The translations under genes were made by a program, and so were the position numbers. From NCBI RefSeq assembly GCF_000010625.1, contig NC_010296.1, forward strand, positions 600,001 through 632,000: a stretch of 32,000 bases of DNA, written 5' to 3'. This DNA comes from Microcystis aeruginosa NIES-843 (GTDB lineage Bacteria; Cyanobacteriota; Cyanobacteriia; Cyanobacteriales; Microcystaceae). The notes beneath the pieces were generated by a model. That model was given only the letters and a program-made list of their open reading frames with translations, was not told the origin of the DNA and searched no databases. Numbering within the stretch: position 1 is the stretch's first letter; each line of letters opens with the position of its first letter. Below are positions 17,177-24,236 of the stretch, piece after piece.

Positions 17177-18118
17177 ATGAACTTTTTTCATACTGAAGAC
17201 CATCTCCAACAGTTCGGTACAGATATTTTAGAAACAACTTGGCGAGAATTTCCCCAATTAGCTCAAGAACAAATCGCCCTAACTTGGATAGTATATGATC
17301 CTCCCGTTATCGTCAACACGGGGGGAGCAATTTCTCACGAAGAATTCTGGAAATATTCCCCCCGCGGATTTAGTTATCGAGGACAAGAAAGAACCTATCC
17401 CGCTAGTTTAGTGAAATTATTTTATCTAGTAGCGATTCATGAGTGGTTAGAAGGGGGAATGATTCCCGAAAACACCGAATTAAATCGCGCCATTCGTGAC
17501 ATGATTGTTGACTCTAGTAATGATGCTACCAGTTTAGTTGTAGATCTGGTTACGGGAACCACTAGCGGTCCAGAAATTGCCGCCGGTCCCTTTGAAACTT
17601 GGAAGCAACAACGCAACATAGTTAATCGTTATTTTCAATCCCTAAATTGGCCAGAATTAGCGACAATTAACGTTAATCAAAAAACTTGGTCTGATGGTCC
17701 CTATGGACGTGAACGCGCTTTTTTAGGGGAATTAATGGAGAATCGCAATATGTTAACTAGCAATGCAGTGGCGCGTTTAATTCATACTATTATCGGGGGG
17801 ATTGCGGTTTCTTCCCAACGTTCCCAGATGATGATGTCTTTACTAAAACGTAGTCTTAATCCTGCTGATTGGACAAGTCAAGGAGATGAGACACAAATCT
17901 TAGGATTTCTGGGACAAGGATTACCAGAAAATAGTCAAATTTGGTCAAAAGCTGGTTGGACAAGTCAAGTGCGTCACGATGCAGCCTATATTGAAATTCC
18001 CCATCATACTCCCTATCTCTTGGTGGTATTTACCGAGGGAAAAGATAACAGTCAAAATCGCTCAATTTTACCTTTTATTTCCCAGAAAGTAGCCGAGAAA
18101 ATTATGCAGATCCATTAA
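17177..18118 (+). CDS. Class A beta-lactamase-related serine hydrolase
   Basis: An S-x-x-K motif (PASLVKL), an SxN-like motif (DSSNDAT) and a KxG motif (SKAGWT) in the expected order and spacing. Confidence 0.65.
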   Translation: MNFFHTEDHLQQFGTDILETTWREFPQLAQEQIALTWIVYDPPVIVNTGGAISHEEFWKYSPRGFSYRGQERTYPASLVKLFYLVAIHEWLEGGMIPENTELNRAIRDMIVDSSNDATSLVVDLVTGTTSGPEIAAGPFETWKQQRNIVNRYFQSLNWPELATINVNQKTWSDGPYGRERAFLGELMENRNMLTSNAVARLIHTIIGGIAVSSQRSQMMMSLLKRSLNPADWTSQGDETQILGFLGQGLPENSQIWSKAGWTSQVRHDAAYIEIPHHTPYLLVVFTEGKDNSQNRSILPFISQKVAEKIMQIH

Positions 18119-18414
18119 TTAAGCTGTGGGTAGGATGGTTTTCTCTGTCATTGCCAAAAGTGCTAGATAAACATCCTACTGCAATAAATCCGTAAATTTA
18201 CCGATGTGCATCTCAATATACAGCTTTTCTGGGATAGATGGGGTTCGTTCTTGCAGCTGAAATACTTGATTAAGTAAGGATTTAGTCTGTGCTTCACCTT
18301 GACGGGAAAGGCCGTCATCATTTAAACTAACAATAAGTTGTTGTTAAGTAAGTAGTCGGAGATAAATTCTGTTGTCTATCTTAAGAAATGTAAATTACCA
18401 CAATTCTTACTTAG

Positions 18415-18446
<32 letters not shown>

Positions 18447-18496
18447 TACCCCACAGTTAACTTTACTTTTGTCCAACTACTTATTTCCTCAAATGT

Positions 18497-19846
18497 GTGA
18501 CTTTCAACCCTCACCATTGTCATAACGAAAGGGAAGTGGAGAGTAAATTAATTGTCCAGTATTTACTCCCCAAACTAGGCTACAATGCCGAACATTGGTA
18601 TCAACAAGTTAGCTTCGGTAAAGTACGCTTAGATTTCCTTGTTTCCGCTCAAAAACCTATCAACAAAAAGCAGTTTTTACCCTCTCACTGTCTAATTATC
18701 GAAGCTAAAAACCCCAGAGAAAAGCTCATCAATCATCGTCACCGCTTAGGTTATTATCTCGACTACTTTAAAGTGCAGTGGGGATTATTAACCAATGGTG
18801 ATGAGATTCAACTTTATCGAAGAAAACCCGATAAAATTTATTTAGTTTTTAGATGTTCTGGGTTAGAAATTGCCGCTCACTTAGAACAGTTAAAATCTCT
18901 GATTGGCTACGAAACTTTATCCCTGGGTATTCCACCGCTCAATTCTCCAATAATCAACCACAGAAACCCCATGAAAACCATCGCAATTTATCATCATAAA
19001 GGTGGTGTTGGTAAAACCACCGTCGCTACCAATCTAGCGGCAGCTTTGAGTAAAAAAGGCAAGCGAGTTTTATTAATTGATATTGATGCTCAAGCGAATA
19101 GTACCTTTGCCGTTGGTTTAATTAAGTTTCAATTCGATGATGACGATGATTTAAAAGATAAAAATGTCTTTCATTTGCTAGATAACAGTAACCGCATTTT
19201 TATTGAGAATATCGTCAGAAAGTCTCAAGGATTCAATCATCCAGAAATTGATGTTATTCCCTCTCACATATCTTTAATTGCTAACCAAGCTAAAATTAAA
19301 GATAATGCAGCGGTATTTGCTAGATTGGCAAGAAAATTAGAGAAAGTAAATGATCAATACGATATTGTAATTATTGATGCACCTCCCGCACTTGATTTAT
19401 ATGCACGCATTGCTTTAATTGCAGCTGATTATCTGATAATTCCTTCAGATCTTAAACCATTTTCTAATCAAGGATTAGATAGCGTTAAAAACTTTGTTCA
19501 AGAGGAAATCAATGAAAGTCGTGGAGATTTGGGTAAACCAACACTACAAATTTTAGGCGTTTTACCTTCCAAAATTTCTACCCACGCTCAATACTTAAAA
19601 TATAATTTCCCCAAACAAAAACAAGTGATTCCAGACAAGTATGGTTTACCCTTGATGGAATCAATTATCTCGGAAAGAATGCCTTTATCTCGCTGTATAA
19701 ATCAATACGTTACTGTGGGAGATTTAGAAATTCCTGCCCCCCAATCTATAATCGATTATGCCGAACATCAAGCTGATGCGGGAGTGTCAGCAGCAGAATT
19801 TGAAGCCTTAGCACTGGAAGTTTTAGCTAAAATAGGAGTTAAATAA
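18497..19846 (+). CDS. Fusion protein: N-terminal restriction-endonuclease-like (HSDR_N-type PD-(D/E)xK) domain plus a ParA/Soj-family ATPase
   Basis: Residues 1-158: NEREVESKLIVQYLLPKLGY, RLDFLV (D46), IIEAK (E69, K71) and GLLTNGDEIQLY, a typical HSDR_N layout. Residues 159-449: MKTIAIYHHKGGVGKTTVATNLA (deviant Walker A), LLIDIDAQANST and IVIIDAPPAL. The annotated start is GTG. An internal ATG at 18971 would give a plain ParA. Confidence 0.7.
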   Translation: MTFNPHHCHNEREVESKLIVQYLLPKLGYNAEHWYQQVSFGKVRLDFLVSAQKPINKKQFLPSHCLIIEAKNPREKLINHRHRLGYYLDYFKVQWGLLTNGDEIQLYRRKPDKIYLVFRCSGLEIAAHLEQLKSLIGYETLSLGIPPLNSPIINHRNPMKTIAIYHHKGGVGKTTVATNLAAALSKKGKRVLLIDIDAQANSTFAVGLIKFQFDDDDDLKDKNVFHLLDNSNRIFIENIVRKSQGFNHPEIDVIPSHISLIANQAKIKDNAAVFARLARKLEKVNDQYDIVIIDAPPALDLYARIALIAADYLIIPSDLKPFSNQGLDSVKNFVQEEINESRGDLGKPTLQILGVLPSKISTHAQYLKYNFPKQKQVIPDKYGLPLMESIISERMPLSRCINQYVTVGDLEIPAPQSIIDYAEHQADAGVSAAEFEALALEVLAKIGVK

Positions 19847-20536
19847 ATGTGGAAATTTTTACGAGTCGATATTACTGATATTAATCCTTCTGTTCCCAGA
19901 GAAACCTTCTCCGAAACTGAATTGGAGAATTTAGCCAATCTTATTATTGAAATGGGTGGACTTATTCGCCCTGCTATTCTCAAAAAAGCTGATAATAAAA
20001 AAGTTGATGAACGTTATAATCTTATCAGTGGAGATTTAGAATATTATGCTTCTGTTATCGCCAATCAGAAAGTTCCTGACATCGAGATGATTAACGCTTT
20101 TGTGGTTGATAAAGAAGCGGAGAATATCGCTTTACAGCAAATACAGTTATTATCTCCTTCTCCTGGGTTAATTACCACGCCTGAAAAAACAGATAATCCT
20201 CTAGAATTGAGGGTGAGTAATCTTGAAAAACGATTAGAAACCCAGTTACAAGCAATCCGAGAGGAGTACCAAAAAGAAATCAAAAGACTGGAAGAAAAAA
20301 TTATTATTCTTCCTCCTCCTCCTCCTGCTTCTAAGTCGATTTTAGAGCTTTTGAATACCTGTGATGCTAATCAACTTAAAAAAGCGGGAATTCCACCTGC
20401 ATCTGTTAATGACTTTCTGAAAAAACGTTCAGAAAAGCCCTTTGATTCTTTGGAAGATGTCCTAAATCGCCCGGTGTCAGGAGTTAAAGAGAAAAGATTA
20501 ATTAAGCTTGTCGATTATTTGCTGACTTCTAACTGA
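19847..20536 (+). CDS. ParB-N-terminal-domain-like protein with a degenerate arginine patch, coiled coil, poly-Pro linker and a C-terminal helix-hairpin-helix
   Basis: LRVDITDINPSVPRETFSETELENLANLIIEMGGLIRPAIL...YNLISGDLEYYAS aligns to ParB box I/II, with GDLEYYA in place of GERRxRA. It is followed by PPPPP and then LELLNTCDANQLKKAGIPPASVNDFL...FDSLEDVLNRPVSGVKEKRL (HhH-like). The ATG abuts the parA stop (TAAATG). Confidence 0.6.
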   Translation: MWKFLRVDITDINPSVPRETFSETELENLANLIIEMGGLIRPAILKKADNKKVDERYNLISGDLEYYASVIANQKVPDIEMINAFVVDKEAENIALQQIQLLSPSPGLITTPEKTDNPLELRVSNLEKRLETQLQAIREEYQKEIKRLEEKIIILPPPPPASKSILELLNTCDANQLKKAGIPPASVNDFLKKRSEKPFDSLEDVLNRPVSGVKEKRLIKLVDYLLTSN

Positions 20537-20543
20537 TTTTTTA

Positions 20544-20571
20544 GGGTGTGTTGAGCTACTTTAACACACCC
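20544..20571 (+). terminator. 9-bp stem hairpin just after the parB-like stop (GGGTGTGTT-N10-AACACACCC); duplicated at 21612-21639
   Basis: Perfect 9-bp stem with no trailing T-run. It is conserved in both tandem units. Confidence 0.4.
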
Positions 20572-20590
20572 TACCGATGGATGTTATAAT
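20561..20590 (+). promoter_or_regulatory. Sigma70-like promoter candidate for Uma2 copy 1 (TTAACA-N18-TATAAT); copy 2 equivalent at 21629-21658
   Basis: The -35 TTAACA (20561-20566) overlaps the hairpin 3' arm, and the -10 TATAAT is at 20585-20590. The same arrangement is conserved in the second unit. Confidence 0.4.
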
Positions 20591-20643
20591 AATGGAAGAT
20601 CAGGAGAAATTGCTGATCCGATAGCGGGCAAAGATTAACTAAG

Positions 20644-20789
20644 TAGGTAGGTGTTAAAAATTGTCAGACACCCCCCTTATCAAGGGGGGCAGGGGGGATC
20701 CCCCCGCCTATCGGCACCCCCCTTAATAAGGGGGGCAGGGGGGATCAAGGGCAAAATCTATCTTCTATTTAACTAGAAACACTTACCTA
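20644..20789. mobile_element. 146-bp MITE with 12-bp TIRs (TAGGTAGGTGTT / AACACTTACCTA) containing two ~33-bp CCCCCCTT-N3-AAGGGGGG hairpin units
   Basis: It is present in the leader of Uma2 copy 1. It is absent from the otherwise colinear leader of copy 2 (21700-21712), which acts as an empty site. Confidence 0.7.
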
Positions 20790-20814
20790 GAAGACGGGTG
20801 AAAAGAGAAAACTT

Positions 20815-21513
20815 ATGACAACTACCCCAGTAATAGCTGCTTCTTTAACAATTCCTCCCCTAGAAAACGGCGATAAATTAACTCGATGGGAATTTGAACG
20901 ACGTTATCAAGGGATGCCCCATCTCAAAAAAGCGGAATTAATTGAAGGAATTGTTTATATGGCATCTCCCCTCAGATTTGAAAGTCACGCCGAGCCTCAT
21001 GCTAATATTGTCGGATGGTTAGCTCTCTATAAAGCGGCGACTCCAGGTGTTAGATTGGGTGATAATGCCACCGTGAGATTAGATATTGATAACGAACCCC
21101 AACCGGATGCCCTATTAAGAATTGACAAGGGAGGACAATCAACAATTAGTCAAGATGATTATGTAGAAGGTGCGCCGGAATTAATTGTCGAAATTGCCGC
21201 TTCTAGTGCTTCCTACGATGTTCATCAAAAATTAAATGTTTACCGTCGCAATCAAGTCCAAGAATATCTAGTCTGGCGGTTTTATGAACAAGAAATTGAT
21301 TGGTTTCGACTACAGGCAGGAGAATATATTAAACTAGAACCCGATAGTGATGGCATAATGCGCTCCCAAATCTTCCCCGGTTTATGGCTAGATAAAAACG
21401 CTTTATTAATGGGCGACTTAGGAAAAGTTTTAGTGATTTTACAGCGAGGGTTAGAGACACCAGAACATCAAGATTTTGTTAATAAATTAACTAGCGATCG
21501 CTCTCAAGTTTAA
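20815..21513 (+). CDS. Uma2-family (DUF820) PD-(D/E)xK endonuclease, copy 1
   Basis: AELIEGIVYMASP, the PQPDALL (D) and PELIVEIAASS (E) motifs, then HQKLNVYRRNQVQEYLVW (K...Y..G/Q.EY.W): the Uma2 layout. Confidence 0.8.
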   Translation: MTTTPVIAASLTIPPLENGDKLTRWEFERRYQGMPHLKKAELIEGIVYMASPLRFESHAEPHANIVGWLALYKAATPGVRLGDNATVRLDIDNEPQPDALLRIDKGGQSTISQDDYVEGAPELIVEIAASSASYDVHQKLNVYRRNQVQEYLVWRFYEQEIDWFRLQAGEYIKLEPDSDGIMRSQIFPGLWLDKNALLMGDLGKVLVILQRGLETPEHQDFVNKLTSDRSQV

Positions 21514-21550
21514 AAATTAGATAATTATTTTCTCTCAAGTGTTCTATAAT

Positions 21551-21604
21551 ATGGGAGAAAAAACTTTGCTCAAATTAATGGATTATTTATTGACTTCTAA
21601 CTGA
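21551..21604 (+). pseudogene. Relic 3' end of a second parB-like gene (MGEKTLLKLMDYLLTSN*)
   Basis: It aligns with the last codons of 19847-20536 (EKRLIKLVDYLLTSN*) at lower identity. It is followed by a near-identical copy of the 130-bp spacer. Confidence 0.6.
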
Positions 21605-21730
21605 TTTTTGTGGGTGTGTTGAGCTACTTTAACACACCCTACCGATGGTTGTTATAATAATGGAAGATCAGGAGAAATTGCTGATCCGATAGCGGGCAAA
21701 GATTAACTAGAGGGTGAAAAGAGAAAACTT

Positions 21731-22423
21731 ATGACAACTACCCCAGTAATAGCTGCTTCTTTAACAATTCCTCCCCTAGAAAACGGCGATAAATTAACTC
21801 GATGGGAATTTGAACGACGTTATCAAGGGATGCCCCATCTCAAAAAAGCGGAATTAATTGAAGGAATTGTTTATATGGCATCTCCCTTGAGAATTACCCA
21901 ACATGGTGAACCCCACGCGCATATTATGTTATGGTTGGGTTTTTATAAAGCTTTTACCCCCTATCTGCAATTAGGGGATAATTGTACTGTGAGATTAGAT
22001 ATTGATAACGAACCCCAACCGGATGCCCTATTAAGAATTGACAAGGGAGGACAATCGACAATTAGTCAAGATGATTATGTAGAAGGCGCGCCGGAATTAA
22101 TTGTCGAAATTGCCGCTTCTAGTGCTTCCTACGATGTTCATCAAAAATTAAATGTTTACCGTCGCAATCAAGTCCAAGAATATCTAGTCTGGCGGTTTTA
22201 TGAACAAGAAATTGATTGGTTTCGGCTACAGGCAGGAGAATATATTAAACTAGAACCCGATAGTGATGGCATAATGCGCTCCCAAATCTTCCCCGGTTTA
22301 TGGCTAGATAAAAACGCTTTATTAACGGGGGACTTAGGAAAAGTTTTAGTGATTTTGCAGCGGGGGTTAGAAACAGCAGAACATCGAGATTTTGTCAATC
22401 AATTAACTGCCAATCACAGCTAG
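21731..22423 (+). CDS. Uma2-family (DUF820) PD-(D/E)xK endonuclease, copy 2
   Basis: Same motifs as copy 1. The first 52 aa and residues ~87-200 are identical or nearly so, and residues ~53-86 are replaced. Confidence 0.8.
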   Translation: MTTTPVIAASLTIPPLENGDKLTRWEFERRYQGMPHLKKAELIEGIVYMASPLRITQHGEPHAHIMLWLGFYKAFTPYLQLGDNCTVRLDIDNEPQPDALLRIDKGGQSTISQDDYVEGAPELIVEIAASSASYDVHQKLNVYRRNQVQEYLVWRFYEQEIDWFRLQAGEYIKLEPDSDGIMRSQIFPGLWLDKNALLTGDLGKVLVILQRGLETAEHRDFVNQLTANHS

Positions 22424-22438
22424 ATTTTAAAATTAGAC

Positions 22439-22683
22439 GGGTGCATCTCACATTTGCAGAAATACCGACAATCAGCAATTATCAGTGACTCTTAAATTAT
22501 TACAAATATGTCAGCAGCTGCGTGTAAGCATCCCACCGAAAAACTAATGCGCTCCGGGGTTTGGGGGGTAGAACCCCCCAAAAGCTTGGATTGAGTGATA
22601 AAATCGGAAGTAATACCAATTTTAGAAGATAGTTTCCCTTTAAAAATCCCAACTCAGTAGATTGATAAAAATCAGATGCACCC
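22439..22683. mobile_element. 245-bp MITE with TIR GGGTGCATCT(C/G)A and an 8-bp target-site duplication AATTAGAC
   Basis: Left end GGGTGCATCTCA at 22439-22450; right end TCAGATGCACCC at 22672-22683. It is flanked by AATTAGAC at 22431-22438 and 22684-22691. Confidence 0.8.
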
Positions 22684-22805
22684 AATTAGACAATTATTCT
22701 TGATCCACTGTCCTATAATGACAGAAAGAGTATTTTTGACTTGAATTTGTTCTTAACTGTACCCCAATAATCTCGCCCCTGATAATCTTCTCTTCACCTC
22801 ACTAT

Positions 22806-24230
22806 ATGTCAAATCTAATCCTTTTCTGGCATCGTCGCGATTTACGTCTCTCGGATAATATTGGACTGAGTAAAGCTAGGGAGCGTAGTCCGAAAATTAT
22901 CGGGGTTTTCTGCCTCGATCCTGCTATTTTAGAAGGGGATGATATTGCCCCTGCTAGAGTTGCCTATCTCCTCGGTTGTCTAGAGGAATTAGAAAAAAAT
23001 TATCACCAAAAAGGTAGTCAATTACTGATTATTCGCGGCAACCCCAGTCAAACACTCGTCAATTTAGCTGGCAATTTATCGGCAAAAGCAGTTTTTTTTA
23101 ACCTCGATATCGAACCCTACGCGCGTCAACGGGATCAACAGGTAATCGCCGCTTTACAAACAAAAGGAATTGAAGTAGAAACCTTCTGGGATCAACTTCT
23201 CCACGCTCCAGGGCAAGTCCTCACCCTCTCAAAAAGTCCCTACACCGTATATACTCCTTTTTGGAAAAATTGGAGCCAATTAGCCAAAGCCAGCCCCAAA
23301 ACCCTAGAAAACCTGCAAGGATTAGACGAAAATGAGGGGGAGAAACTCACAGAAACTATTAATTTACCAACCCTAGAAAATTTAGGTTTTACCTGGCAAA
23401 ATCCCTTACCCCTCACCCCCGGAGAAAAGGCCGCCCATAGCAGATTAGAAGAATTTTGTCAAGGGGTTATTAACAATTATCAAGAAGATCGTAACTTCCC
23501 CGCTTTCGATGGCACCTCGCGCTTGAGTGCCGCTTTAAAATTTGGGGCGATTGGCATTCGCACAATTTGGACGGCAACCCTAGAGTTATTAGAAAATTGC
23601 TGCGCCCAGGAAGCAAAAGATAGTATTATCACTTGGCAGCAAGAATTAGCTTGGCGGGAATTTTACCAGCATTGTCTCTATTTTTTCCCAGAATTGGCGG
23701 TCGGTGCTTATAGAAAAGAATTTCGTCATTTTCCTTGGCAGGATAACGAAGAACATTTTCAAGCTTGGTGCCAGGGAAAAACCGGCTATCCGATCGTTGA
23801 CGCGGCGATGCGACAATTAAATGAAACGGGATGGATGCACAATCGTTGTCGCATGATCGTGGCGAGTTTTTTAACCAAAGATTTAATTATTAACTGGCAA
23901 AAAGGCGAAAAATACTTCATGCAGAAACTTTTTGATGGCGATTTAGCCGCTAATAATGGTGGTTGGCAGTGGAGTGCCTCTAGTGGCATGGATCCGAAAC
24001 CTTTAAGAATTTTTAACCCCGCTAGTCAGACACAAAAATTCGATCCGGAAGGGGAATATATTCGTCAATGGTTGCCGGAATTAGCTTCCGTAGATACGGA
24101 ATATTTAGTAACTGGGAAAATCCCCCGTTTAGAAAGACATCGTTGTGGTTATCCTGAGCCAATTGTCGATCATAATCAACAACAAAAAGAGTTCAAACGA
24201 CTCTATAGTAATCAGAAGCCAAAACGGTAA
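22806..24230 (+). CDS. phr: Deoxyribodipyrimidine photolyase (class I CPD photolyase)
   Basis: [44 protein letters not shown] and [13 protein letters not shown]. Confidence 0.9.
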   Translation: MSNLILFWHRRDLRLSDNIGLSKARERSPKIIGVFCLDPAILEGDDIAPARVAYLLGCLEELEKNYHQKGSQLLIIRGNPSQTLVNLAGNLSAKAVFFNLDIEPYARQRDQQVIAALQTKGIEVETFWDQLLHAPGQVLTLSKSPYTVYTPFWKNWSQLAKASPKTLENLQGLDENEGEKLTETINLPTLENLGFTWQNPLPLTPGEKAAHSRLEEFCQGVINNYQEDRNFPAFDGTSRLSAALKFGAIGIRTIWTATLELLENCCAQEAKDSIITWQQELAWREFYQHCLYFFPELAVGAYRKEFRHFPWQDNEEHFQAWCQGKTGYPIVDAAMRQLNETGWMHNRCRMIVASFLTKDLIINWQKGEKYFMQKLFDGDLAANNGGWQWSASSGMDPKPLRIFNPASQTQKFDPEGEYIRQWLPELASVDTEYLVTGKIPRLERHRCGYPEPIVDHNQQQKEFKRLYSNQKPKR

Positions 24231-24236
24231 AACTAG

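Noticed and set aside
18190-18335. Minus-strand reading LNDDGLSRQGEAQTKSLLNQVFQLQERTPSIPEKLYIEMHIGKFTDLLQ* as a gene relic
   Set aside because: It is under 50 codons with no start codon and no family I can name. It may be a fragment of a decayed gene, but the sequence alone cannot support that.
20971-21072. Uma2 variable patch as a diversity-generating retroelement target
   Set aside because: The differences between the two copies affect all four bases, not adenine-templated positions. No reverse transcriptase or template repeat is present in the window.
22500-22685. 61-aa ORF
   Set aside because: It lies entirely inside the 245-bp MITE and ends at its terminal inverted repeat.
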